A stretch of DNA of 64,000 nt from positions 17,046-81,045 of the forward strand of contig JBIIRY010000003.1 of NCBI GenBank assembly GCA_044341305.1, written 5' to 3'. A program made the translations under genes and the position numbers. The DNA is from Candidatus Planktophila sp. (GTDB lineage: Bacteria; Actinomycetota; Actinomycetes; Nanopelagicales; Nanopelagicaceae). Every line of letters begins with the position of its first letter. Position 1 is the first letter of the stretch. Under the pieces are notes generated by a model. It was given only the letters and a program-made list of their open reading frames with translations. It ran no database searches and had not been told where the DNA came from. This document shows, piece by piece, positions 30,525-39,755 of this stretch.

Positions 30525-31669
30525 CGAACAGGCAAATTGCGAGCCATAACAATTCGTTGAACTTGATTTGTACCCTCATAAATTTGAGTTAGTTTTGCAT
30601 CGCGCATCATTCGCTCAACTGGATAATCTGAAACATAACCATATCCGCCAAGTACTTGAACTGCGTCTTGAGTAACTTTCATTGCCACATCGCTTGCAAA
30701 ACACTTGCTTGATGCTGAGAAGAACTTTAGGTCCTTTTCGCCATTTTCACTCTTAACTGCTGCTGCATACGTTAGCTGGCGAGCAGCTTCAATATTCATG
30801 GCCATATCTGCCAACATGAATTGAATAGCCTGAAAATCAAAAATAGGTTTGTTAAATTGTTTACGTTCGTGCGAATAAGCCGTTGCGACATCTAAAGCAC
30901 CTTGTGCAAGTCCAAGTGCTTGGGCTGCGATTGTAATTCGCGTGTGATCTAAGGTGTCCATCGCAAGTGAAAATCCTTTGCCAACTTCGCCAATTCGGCG
31001 GTCATCAGATATTTCAACGTTATCGAAATAAACTTCACGTGTCGGTGATCCTCGGAAACCCATTTTTTTCTCAGGGGCACCAAATGAAACACCTGAATCA
31101 GTTTTCTCAACTACAAAAGCAGTGATTCCTTTTGAACCAAGTGATGGATCTGTCTGGGCAATAACAGTATAGAAATCTGAAATCTCTGCATTTGAAATCC
31201 ACTTCTTGCTTCCGTTAATGATCCACTTATCGCCGCTCTTTACCGCTTTGGTTCGAAGAGCTGCAGCATCTGATCCTGCTTCGGATTCTGACAAGCAATA
31301 TGAAAAACCTTTTCCTTGCGCTAACGGAGTGAGCCAACGCTTTTTTTGTTCTGCAGTTCCACCAAGTATGAGTGGCATTGAACCTAATTTGTTAACAGCA
31401 GGAATAAGTGAAGAAGATCCACAAACTCTGGCAACTTCTTCAATAATTAATACAACAGCAAGTGCATCCGCACCATCGCCACCAAACTCTGTTGGGACGT
31501 GTGCCGCTGACAATCCTGCTTTTGCTAGCGCTTGTGCAGCTTCAATCGGATAACGATGATCTTCATCGACAGCTTTTGCATGAGGAGCAATTTCTTTTTG
31601 GGCGAGTGAGCGAACACTTTGGCGCAGATCTTCGTATTCACTTGGCAATGAATAAAGTGAATCCATCAC
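30521..31669 (-). CDS. acyl-CoA dehydrogenase
   Basis: 382 aa. LSESEAGSDAAALRT, and the C-terminal QIYEGTNQVQRIVMAR. Confidence 0.93.
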   Translation of the reverse strand: MMDSLYSLPSEYEDLRQSVRSLAQKEIAPHAKAVDEDHRYPIEAAQALAKAGLSAAHVPTEFGGDGADALAVVLIIEEVARVCGSSSLIPAVNKLGSMPLILGGTAEQKKRWLTPLAQGKGFSYCLSESEAGSDAAALRTKAVKSGDKWIINGSKKWISNAEISDFYTVIAQTDPSLGSKGITAFVVEKTDSGVSFGAPEKKMGFRGSPTREVYFDNVEISDDRRIGEVGKGFSLAMDTLDHTRITIAAQALGLAQGALDVATAYSHERKQFNKPIFDFQAIQFMLADMAMNIEAARQLTYAAAVKSENGEKDLKFFSASSKCFASDVAMKVTQDAVQVLGGYGYVSDYPVERMMRDAKLTQIYEGTNQVQRIVMARNLPVR

Positions 31670-33519
31670 TGGTTAGCCTCTCTATCTCTCTTATCCAAAT
31701 TGTTGAGGTACATGTTGTACTGCGCAAGTTCATCGGGTTGACCGAGCGCCGCCATACGAGCAGTGTTTCGGTCTATGCGTTTTGCTTCATGTGAGTCATC
31801 ACGCATCCACTGGATGAATGTAGCAATGAGAGCGATAAGGATTGGAATCTCTCCCATAGCCCAACCAATTGCTCCTCCAGATTGTTGGTCTGCAAGTAAA
31901 TCCGTGGACCATGGACGTTGAAGCGACTCGAAATAACCACCATCAATCAAAGTTGTTGTAGACATAAGTGCTACAGAGAAGAATGCGTGGATACTCATGG
32001 CAGCCAAGAGAATTCCAATTCTCACTAAATGAGGAACTTTTCTTGGGTTTGGATCTACCCCAACAATCACGTGGAAAAAGAGTATTCCTGCAAGAAGAAA
32101 ATGAACGCCCATAAACAAATGTCCTAGGTGACTCTGCATCATGCCACCAAATAATGGAGTGAAATAAAGTACAAATAGAGAACCATCAAAGATTGCAAGC
32201 GCCACAATTGGATTTGTAATTACTCGTGAATAACGCGAATGCAGAGCAGAAATCAATAATCCGCGTACGCCTCGTTCAACGCCGTCTCGAGATTGGGGCA
32301 AAGTCCGAAGTGCCAGAGTAATTGGTGCACCTAAAACAATTCCTATGGGAGCGATCATCCCTAAGACCATGTGAGAAACCATGTGCCATGAAAAAGCGAA
32401 GTAAGAATAAACGCCTAGCCCACCACTTGTTGCAAAATCAATTGCTGATATTCCTAAAGCAAATGAAATTGTTCGACCCACTGGCCACTTATCTCCACGA
32501 CGCGTAAGAACCACAACACCCTTGATGTATAAAGCAACTGCTAAAACGAGCAAGCCAATCATTAATACATCTGGATTGTATTCAAAAAGAATTCGTGAAA
32601 ATGTTGGTGCTTCAGGCATGTTAATACCAGTAATTGCAAGTGCAGCATTGAACTCTTGTTCGCCGCCACGAACTGGTGGTTGATTCGAAGAAAGCCACGA
32701 ACCTAGAAGCGTTACAAAAGTCATGATTCCAGCTTCAACTGAAATCAACCGCGTCATAGCGCCCCAATTAACCGAAGGTTTTGCAGCTAGATAATTTCTA
32801 TGTTTATAACCAATGAAAAGCAGAACAAAAGTCACGGCAACTTTAAGTATTACAACATATGCGTAACTAGTGGTCCACGCTGCAGCAAAATTGAGTCGAA
32901 CACTTGCATTCAAGACTCCGCTAAGGACTACTGCAATGGCTGCCCACAGCGCTATATGGCTAAAGCGGGGTAATGAAACTTTACGGTCATCTTTGTTGAG
33001 CAAAGCGATTGCAATTACTCCGCCTACCCAGAATGAAAGCGCAATCACGTGAATGAATAATGAGCCAATAGCCAGTGCGTGCGATCCGCTAGATGCTGCA
33101 TGGCTTTGAAAAACCGGTGCTGCTACTGCAAAAAGTGCCATCAGCAAAAGAATCGCTGTATATCCCGTAGATGTAATCGCCCGTGTTGTGAGCGTTATCA
33201 ATAAGGCTATCGCCATCTGAAAAAATAGATATTGACCGAGTGAAATTTGAAAAACAAATGATTGTATAACCGTTACGTCGAGCACGCTTGAAAATGATCC
33301 ACCTAAAATGTTAGCCAGGGTGAACAAAATATTTAGAAAGCTACTAAAAAACCAGAGTGAAGCCGCCAATGAAACGATAGAGCGAATCTTTCTTCCACTT
33401 GTTGAAAGTTTTCCATCTTTATCTAAAACCAAGAAAGCAAGAGCTAACAAAGCCCCTATGGTGGCAAAACTTGAAAGTAGTACTAGAAATTTACTGGCGG
33501 TGACCAGAACAGGGATCAT
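31666..33519 (-). CDS. CopD domain / cytochrome c oxidase caa3 assembly factor CtaG fusion membrane protein
   Basis: 617 aa and polytopic. The N-terminal half is CopD-like and His-containing (8 TM). The C-terminal half is a CtaG-type TM bundle (HMVSHMVLGMIAP..., HAFFSVALM). It overlaps both neighbours by 4 nt. Confidence 0.78.
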   Translation of the reverse strand: MIPVLVTASKFLVLLSSFATIGALLALAFLVLDKDGKLSTSGRKIRSIVSLAASLWFFSSFLNILFTLANILGGSFSSVLDVTVIQSFVFQISLGQYLFFQMAIALLITLTTRAITSTGYTAILLLMALFAVAAPVFQSHAASSGSHALAIGSLFIHVIALSFWVGGVIAIALLNKDDRKVSLPRFSHIALWAAIAVVLSGVLNASVRLNFAAAWTTSYAYVVILKVAVTFVLLFIGYKHRNYLAAKPSVNWGAMTRLISVEAGIMTFVTLLGSWLSSNQPPVRGGEQEFNAALAITGINMPEAPTFSRILFEYNPDVLMIGLLVLAVALYIKGVVVLTRRGDKWPVGRTISFALGISAIDFATSGGLGVYSYFAFSWHMVSHMVLGMIAPIGIVLGAPITLALRTLPQSRDGVERGVRGLLISALHSRYSRVITNPIVALAIFDGSLFVLYFTPLFGGMMQSHLGHLFMGVHFLLAGILFFHVIVGVDPNPRKVPHLVRIGILLAAMSIHAFFSVALMSTTTLIDGGYFESLQRPWSTDLLADQQSGGAIGWAMGEIPILIALIATFIQWMRDDSHEAKRIDRNTARMAALGQPDELAQYNMYLNNLDKRDREANQ

Positions 33520-34037
33520 CGCTCTTTATAAATCTTTCGCGCATACAGAGAAAGCAGCACAAGAACGAAGAGTGCAACAACGAGCATTCCAATAACAAAT
33601 GCATTCGTTCCCCAATTGTTTACTTCTGCTTTTGGAGTGGCACTTTCTACTGGAGTTGGTTCTGGCGTTGAGATTTCATTTGGAGCTGCAAAAGTGAATC
33701 TAAATGAACCTTCCAGCGGAACATCATTTTCTGAAAAGAGTGAATAAGTGACCGTGTAAACACCGGCAACTTGAAGTGTTTTTAATCCAAGAACAGCACT
33801 TGCACCCTCAATTGAAAGCACGCCATCATCAACTCTCTTACCTTGAGGATCAGTAACTTCCATTAAGTTTGCACTGTCAATAAGTTCGACTTGTCCAGTA
33901 ACACTGACCGCACTCGGTGCAACCGTCACGGTCGCACCACTTATGGGATTTGTGGCAATAAGCAAATTAGCACTCGCAGCAGGGGCAGCAATAAACAACG
34001 TAACAATTGCAATGCTTATTGCCCGCATGATTTTCAT
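33516..34037 (-). CDS. CopC-like domain protein with C-terminal TM anchor, lacking copper ligands
   Basis: I chose the start at ATG 34037 (AAGGGG SD upstream). The signal peptide ends in AASA. The CopC-like beta-sandwich shows NLLIATNPISGA...GVYTVTYSLFSENDVPLEGSFRFTF, followed by a Pro/Thr linker and a TM segment. Confidence 0.65.
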   Translation of the reverse strand: MKIMRAISIAIVTLFIAAPAASANLLIATNPISGATVTVAPSAVSVTGQVELIDSANLMEVTDPQGKRVDDGVLSIEGASAVLGLKTLQVAGVYTVTYSLFSENDVPLEGSFRFTFAAPNEISTPEPTPVESATPKAEVNNWGTNAFVIGMLVVALFVLVLLSLYARKIYKER

Positions 34038-34140
34038 TGTGCGCCCCTTTTCAGCCACTCTAATTCGCGTCAATCTTCCCACTTCTTTAGACTTGGTATC
34101 TACCCCTAGCGGGGATAAATAAACGGAAAGGAATAGTCAG

Positions 34141-34401
34141 ATGCCTACATATCAATATGCATGCTCTGACTGTGGCCATCAATTTGAGGCTTTCCAAACT
34201 TTTTCTGAAGCATCATTGAGTACCTGCCCAGAATGTAAAGGCGCAGTAAGAAAGATTTACTCTGCTGTAGGAGTTGTCTTCAAGGGTTCTGGTTTCTATA
34301 AAACTGATTCTGTAAAGTCAACGAATAGTGAAACATCCGCTGCAACAACTCCGGCTGCCACACCTGCGGCAACACCGGCACCCGCACCAAAAGCTGATTA
34401 A
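34141..34401 (+). CDS. FmdB family zinc-ribbon protein (Ruc-like), with disordered Ala/Thr/Pro tail
   Basis: MPTYQYACSDCGHQFEAFQTFSEASLSTCPECKGAVRKIYSAVGVVFKGSGFYKTDS contains CxxC...CxxC. The tail is AATTPAATPAATPAPAPKAD. Confidence 0.85.
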   Translation: MPTYQYACSDCGHQFEAFQTFSEASLSTCPECKGAVRKIYSAVGVVFKGSGFYKTDSVKSTNSETSAATTPAATPAATPAPAPKAD

Positions 34402-34518
34402 TTAATCTTCGTGATGGGGCGGTTTATCCGCTTTCATTTCTGCCTCACGACGTGCATCTTCAAGGGCTTGTTCGTGATTAATCTCATCAGAGGTAACACT
34501 GGGCAAAATTTCACTCAT
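34402..34518 (-). CDS. candidate 38-aa acidic small protein
   Basis: Manual translation gives MSEILPSVTSDEINHEQALEDARREAEMKADKPPHHED. A GGAGG SD lies 6 nt upstream of the ATG at 34518. It fills an otherwise empty 172-nt gap and is below the track cutoff. Confidence 0.35.
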   Translation of the reverse strand: MSEILPSVTSDEINHEQALEDARREAEMKADKPPHHED

Positions 34519-34573
34519 GAACGGCCTCCGATTAGAATTACACTCCTAATACTACAGAGATTTCAGGGACATA

Positions 34574-36682
34574 ATGTTTGCAGGGCTGGGAAGGTTCATA
34601 GTTCGTCGCAAGAAGTCAGTTCTTATTCTTTTCATTCTCGGAATTCTTGCCGCTGGTGGCGTCGGATCACTCGCGTTCTCTAAATTAGATAGCGGTGGTT
34701 ATTCCGATCTCAATAGCGATTCAGCAAAAGCATATGACTATCTGACCAATAAGTTTAAAGTCCAAGAACCCGCTGCAATTCTCGTCGTTGACACACAAGA
34801 TCGAAGCATCAATGATCCTGATGTCTTTACTGAAGCTGCTGCTCTTGAAGCTCGAGTAAAGGAAGTTGCTGGCGTAGAACGCACGATTTCTTACTGGAGC
34901 ACTGGTGGTGCGCCAGCGATGAAATCAACTGATGAAAAAGCGGCGTTCGTATTTATTTACACAGACCCAGCTTCGAATGACTGGGCTTCAATTGAAAAAA
35001 TCGGCAAGGTAATTCAAGCAGAATTCGATGGCAAGCAAGGAAATTTTGTTGTCTATGCCTCCGGCGGTGGAGTAATTACTCATGCAATTAACAATAAAAT
35101 TAAAGAAGATTTGTTGTTGGCAGAAGCCATTGCAATCCCCCTTACTTTTATCCTATTAATCTTCGTATTCGGCGCGATGGTTGCATCAGCAATGCCACTC
35201 TTTGTGGGCGTAAGCGCGATTCTTGGCTCATTCTTAATCATCTTTATCTTTACCCTCTTTACAGATGTCTCTGTCTTTGCTCTCAATCTAATTACAGGTC
35301 TGGGACTCGGTCTTGGAATTGATTACGCACTGCTTATCGTCAATAGATTCCGAGAAGAGTTGCACTCCGGTAAGAGCGTTCACGACTCTGTAGTTAATAC
35401 AGTGGCAACCGCAGGTAAAACTGTTTTTTATTCAGGGCTCACAATTTTGGTAACGATGGCTTCTTTGTTGGCATTTCCTTTGAACTTCCTTAAGTCATTT
35501 GGTTATGCAGGTATTGCAGTTATTTCTTTGGCAGTACTCACTGCACTCATTCCACTGCCTGCACTACTTGCAATCTTGGGACACAGGGTTGACAAAGGCG
35601 TTATACGCAAAGCAGGAATCGTTCCAAAAGAAGATGGTCGATGGGCTCACACTGCACGTGCTGTTATGAAAAGACCCGTACCCGTCGTTATCGGTTCTCT
35701 ATTAGTACTTGGAATTCTTGCGGCCCCAATTACAAACATTGCATTTTCTCAGGTGGATTCTCGTGTGCTTCCGAAATCTGATCCTGCTGCCATTGCATCT
35801 GCAGTTATTGAGGATCGCTTCACTGGATTAGAAGGAACTCCGATTGAAGTTGTGATTCCAAACGGTGCTGGAAGAGAGAGTGAAATCAATAACTTCTTAA
35901 CACGCGTACAAGGTGTGGACGGAATTTCACGTATCGGGCAAATTGAGTATTTTGGAGACGATGTTCGTGTGCAAGTTATTTCAAGCCAAGCATCACGAAC
36001 TTTGGAATCACAGCGAATCATTCATGAAATTCGTGACCTCTCAGTTCCGCAAGGAACACTGATCGGAGGCGTAGCTGCTGACTTTACGGATTCACAAGAT
36101 GGAATTGCCCGTGCGCTTCCTTGGGCTCTCGGTTGGATTGCACTGTCAGTATTTATTCTTATCTTTGTCTTCACCGGTTCAATAATTTTGCCAATAAAAG
36201 CTGTGTTACTTAACGCCTTATCTCTTATTGCAACGCTAGGTACTGTTACCTGGATCTTTATTGATGGCCACCTCAAGTGGTTAGTTGGTGATTTTGTGGT
36301 CACGGGTGCATTAGATACCGGATCCGTAATTTTGGTCGCTGTCGTTGTCTTTGGTTTATCGATGGACTACGAACTCTTCTTGCTTTCGCGTATTCGTGAA
36401 GAACATCTAGATGGTAAATCTAATATCGAAGCGGTTGCAAAAGGCTTACAACGCTCAGCACGCATTATTACTGCCGCAGCATTATTGCTCGCAGTTGTAT
36501 TCGCAGCATTTATGACGAGCGGTGTTACCTCAATCAAGATGCTCGGTTTTGGTGTTGCATTCGCTGTTCTACTTGATGCAACTCTTGTTCGTGCATTATT
36601 AGTTCCTGCACTCATGCGTTTATTTGGTGAACGCAATTGGTGGGCACCAAAGTCATTGCAACGATTTACTCTTAAACATTAA
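34574..36682 (+). CDS. MMPL family (RND superfamily) transporter
   Basis: 702 aa with two 6-TM bundles, each preceded by a periplasmic domain. LGLGIDYALLIVNRFREE and GLSMDYELFLLSRIREE are the duplicated MMPL motifs. Confidence 0.9.
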   Translation: MFAGLGRFIVRRKKSVLILFILGILAAGGVGSLAFSKLDSGGYSDLNSDSAKAYDYLTNKFKVQEPAAILVVDTQDRSINDPDVFTEAAALEARVKEVAGVERTISYWSTGGAPAMKSTDEKAAFVFIYTDPASNDWASIEKIGKVIQAEFDGKQGNFVVYASGGGVITHAINNKIKEDLLLAEAIAIPLTFILLIFVFGAMVASAMPLFVGVSAILGSFLIIFIFTLFTDVSVFALNLITGLGLGLGIDYALLIVNRFREELHSGKSVHDSVVNTVATAGKTVFYSGLTILVTMASLLAFPLNFLKSFGYAGIAVISLAVLTALIPLPALLAILGHRVDKGVIRKAGIVPKEDGRWAHTARAVMKRPVPVVIGSLLVLGILAAPITNIAFSQVDSRVLPKSDPAAIASAVIEDRFTGLEGTPIEVVIPNGAGRESEINNFLTRVQGVDGISRIGQIEYFGDDVRVQVISSQASRTLESQRIIHEIRDLSVPQGTLIGGVAADFTDSQDGIARALPWALGWIALSVFILIFVFTGSIILPIKAVLLNALSLIATLGTVTWIFIDGHLKWLVGDFVVTGALDTGSVILVAVVVFGLSMDYELFLLSRIREEHLDGKSNIEAVAKGLQRSARIITAAALLLAVVFAAFMTSGVTSIKMLGFGVAFAVLLDATLVRALLVPALMRLFGERNWWAPKSLQRFTLKH

Positions 36683-36705
36683 TCAAACATAAATCATAAT
36701 TTGAG

Positions 36706-36778
36706 TGTCCCCGGCGGGAGTTGAACCTGCGACCTACCGCTTAGGAGGCGGTTGCTCTATCCACTGAGCTACGGGGAC
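36706..36778 (-). tRNA. tRNA-Arg (anticodon CCU)
   Basis: Hand fold: GTCCCCG TA GCTC AGTGGATA GAGC A ACCGC CTCCTAA GCGGT AGGTC GCAGG TTCAACT CCCGC CGGGGAC A. There is one A-C mismatch in the T stem. Confidence 0.9.
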
Positions 36779-36857
36779 CGATATTGCTAATAAGCAATCT
36801 TCCCACTAAAATTACGTTTCTAATTGATTCGGAGTTTTATCCCATGTGGGGCCAGAA

Positions 36858-38069
36858 ATGAAGGCGCTTGTTATTGGCGCTGGAGGCGTTGGAAGAGCAA
36901 TAGCCAATATTGCATCTCGTAGATCATTCATTACTTCTATGGTTATTGCTGATCGCACCTTATCTCGTGCCGAAGAAGCAGTTGCAAGGGTAAAAGACTC
37001 CAGGTTCTCTGCGGCCGAAGTTAATGCCGCCGAACTCGAAGATATCCGCAGCCTCATAAGGCGCGCGGCACCAGATGTTGTCATTAACGCAGTTGATCCC
37101 CGATTTGTGATGCCGATTTTTCTTGCGTGCGAAATTGAAAATGTAAATTACATTGATATGGCGATGTCACTTTCGCGTCCACATCCTCACTATCCATATA
37201 CCGAAACTGGCGTGAAACTCGGTGACGAACAATTTGCTCGTGACTGGAACTGGGCGGAAAGAAAGATATTTGCACTAGTTGGAATGGGCATCGAACCAGG
37301 TATGAGCGATGTATTCGCTAAGTACGCATCTGATCACTTGTTTAGCAAAATTGATTCAATCACTATTTTAGATGGTTCGAATTTAACAGTTGAAGGTTAT
37401 GAATTCGCTCCATCATTTTCTATCTGGACAACGATTGAAGAGTGCCTGAACCCACCAATCGTCTGGACAGATGGTCGCGGATGGCACACAACAGAACCAT
37501 TTAGTGAGATTGAGACCTTTGATTTTCCTGAAGGCATTGGTCCAGTTGAATGCGTAAATGTGGAACACGAAGAAGTTATTTTGATACCACAGAAAATTGA
37601 AGCGAAGAAAGTTAACTTCAAATACGGTCTTGGTGCACAATTCATTACTACTTTAAAAACTATTCATATGCTCGGATTGGATCGTAAAGAAACTGTTGAG
37701 GTCCAAGGAATTTCTGTTTCGCCACGTGACTTACTTGCAGCATCACTTCCTGATCCTGCAACACTGGGCGAGCGCATGCATGGAAAAACGTGTGCCGGCA
37801 CGCTAGTCAAAGGCATTAACAAAGAGGGTAAGCCTTACGCTTGCTACATCTACAACGTCGTTGATAACGCTTGGTCAATGAAGGAGTACGGCGATCAGGC
37901 TGTAGTTTGGCAAACTGCAATTAACCCAGTTATTGCAATGGAGTTAATCCATAAGAAGATCTGGGTTCCAGAAGGTGGCGTTTCTGGCCCTGAATGGTAT
38001 GACCCGATGCCATTTCTTGATTTACTTGAGAGCTACGGAACTTCCTGGAAAATTCGAGAGGAAAAATAA
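36858..38069 (+). CDS. saccharopine dehydrogenase family NAD(P)-binding protein
   Basis: MKALVIGAGGVGRAIA Rossmann start and VINAVDPRFVMPIFLACEIENVNYIDMA. The family cannot be resolved further (LysDH, CANSDH or other) by eye. Confidence 0.8.
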   Translation: MKALVIGAGGVGRAIANIASRRSFITSMVIADRTLSRAEEAVARVKDSRFSAAEVNAAELEDIRSLIRRAAPDVVINAVDPRFVMPIFLACEIENVNYIDMAMSLSRPHPHYPYTETGVKLGDEQFARDWNWAERKIFALVGMGIEPGMSDVFAKYASDHLFSKIDSITILDGSNLTVEGYEFAPSFSIWTTIEECLNPPIVWTDGRGWHTTEPFSEIETFDFPEGIGPVECVNVEHEEVILIPQKIEAKKVNFKYGLGAQFITTLKTIHMLGLDRKETVEVQGISVSPRDLLAASLPDPATLGERMHGKTCAGTLVKGINKEGKPYACYIYNVVDNAWSMKEYGDQAVVWQTAINPVIAMELIHKKIWVPEGGVSGPEWYDPMPFLDLLESYGTSWKIREEK

Positions 38070-38072
38070 CTC

Positions 38073-39755
38073 ATGGCCAAGGACTTTGATGTTCTCATCA
38101 TTGGTTCTGGCTTCGGCGGTTCTGTTTCGGCACTCAGGCTTACTGAAAAAGGTTATTCAGTAGCTGTTTTAGAAGCCGGAAAAAGATTTAAAGAAAATGA
38201 TTTTCCAAAAACTTCTTGGCGATTACGCAAGTTTTTATTCTTTCCAAAACTTGGTTTGCTCGGAATTCAAAGGATTCATGCTCTGCCCGATGTGTTAATC
38301 CTTGCGGGTGCTGGCGTTGGTGGCGGCTCGCTTGTGTACGCAAATACTTTGTACCAGCCACCTGATTCTTATTTTGAAGATAAACAGTGGAATCACATCA
38401 CCGATTGGAAAGCCGAGTTATTACCTTGGTATGACCAAGCCAGCCGAATGCTTGGTGTGGCAGAAAATCCATACTTCTCACCGAGTGATCAAGCAATGAA
38501 AGATGTTGCAATTGAAATGGGCGTTGGCCACACATTCAAAATGGCACCACTCGGCGTTTATTTCGGCGAAGGCTCAGGCATTGCAAGTAAGGATCCATAC
38601 TTTGGTGGTGTAGGACCTGCGCGAAATGGTTGCCAACAATGTGGTGCATGTATGACTGGCTGCAGATTTAACTCGAAGAACACACTGCCAAAAAATTATC
38701 TTGGTTTAGCAGAGTCTGCAGGTGCAAAAGTTTTTCCACTCACAACAGTTACTTCATTTGAACAGGCGCCCGATGGTTCATGGATAATCAAGGCTAAGAA
38801 AACAAATGGTATTTTTGGTCGAACAATTACCTTTACTGCCAATCAACTCATTGTTAGCGCTGGTACGTATAACACTCAAAAGCTTATGCATCGCATGAAA
38901 GCGACTGGCAAATTATCAAAGCTTTCTAATCGTCTCGGTGATCTCTCCCGAACAAATAGTGAAGCACTCACTGGTGCATTGATGCCTAAGAGCGATATTG
39001 ATTTTAGTAAAGGCGCTGCAATTACTTCTTCTTTCTTTCCAGACGAGCACACACACGTAGAACCGGTGCGCTATGGCAAGGGAAGTAACGCCATGGGCTT
39101 ACTTCAAACAATCATGACTGATGGAAACATCGCCAAAGATCGTCGTCGCCAATGGGTACGCGAATTCATTAAGAAGCCATCGCTATTGATACGGGTACTT
39201 AATGTGCGCCAGTGGTCTGAGCGAACTGTGATTGCGCTCGTCATGCAAAACGTTGATTCGGCGCTATCGGTTCGTTCAAAGAAGAAGTGGTGGGGGTTGG
39301 GTTTAACCTCAACAAATAACTCTGAAAATCCGAATGCAACTTACATTCCTGCAGCGAATGAAACTGTCCGTCGTATTGCAAATAAGTATGGTGGTTTTGC
39401 AGGTGGACACGTTGGCGACTTAATCGGTGCTCCATTTACGGCGCACTTTGTTGGTGGCTGCGTTATTGGATCAAGTATTGAACAAGGTGTTATCGATCCG
39501 TATCACCGCGTATGGAACTACCCAACACTGCACGTTGTTGATGGCGCAGCTGTGACTGCAAATCTTGGTGTTAACCCATCACTGACAATTACCGCTCAGG
39601 CAGAGCGCGCAATGTCGTTATGGCCAAATAAAGGCGAGCTTGATCCACGTCCTGTTCAAAATAATGAATACACACAAATTAATGCGGTTGCACCAAACAA
39701 ACCATTTGTACCTGCTGGTGCAATTGGTGAATTACTTTTGCCACCAACGAAGTAA
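38073..39755 (+). CDS. GMC family FAD-dependent oxidoreductase (cholesterol oxidase ChoD-like)
   Basis: FDVLIIGSGFGGSVSALRLTEKGYSVAVLEAG, and the C-terminal HVVDGAAVTANLGVNPSLTITAQAERA. Confidence 0.85.
   Translation: MAKDFDVLIIGSGFGGSVSALRLTEKGYSVAVLEAGKRFKENDFPKTSWRLRKFLFFPKLGLLGIQRIHALPDVLILAGAGVGGGSLVYANTLYQPPDSYFEDKQWNHITDWKAELLPWYDQASRMLGVAENPYFSPSDQAMKDVAIEMGVGHTFKMAPLGVYFGEGSGIASKDPYFGGVGPARNGCQQCGACMTGCRFNSKNTLPKNYLGLAESAGAKVFPLTTVTSFEQAPDGSWIIKAKKTNGIFGRTITFTANQLIVSAGTYNTQKLMHRMKATGKLSKLSNRLGDLSRTNSEALTGALMPKSDIDFSKGAAITSSFFPDEHTHVEPVRYGKGSNAMGLLQTIMTDGNIAKDRRRQWVREFIKKPSLLIRVLNVRQWSERTVIALVMQNVDSALSVRSKKKWWGLGLTSTNNSENPNATYIPAANETVRRIANKYGGFAGGHVGDLIGAPFTAHFVGGCVIGSSIEQGVIDPYHRVWNYPTLHVVDGAAVTANLGVNPSLTITAQAERAMSLWPNKGELDPRPVQNNEYTQINAVAPNKPFVPAGAIGELLLPPTK

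Noticed and set aside
36683-36857. tRNA-Arg(CCU) as a genomic-island integration site
   Set aside because: I saw no integrase, no phage or IS genes, and no duplicated tRNA 3'-end segment nearby. The flanking genes look like ordinary metabolic genes with the same composition by eye.
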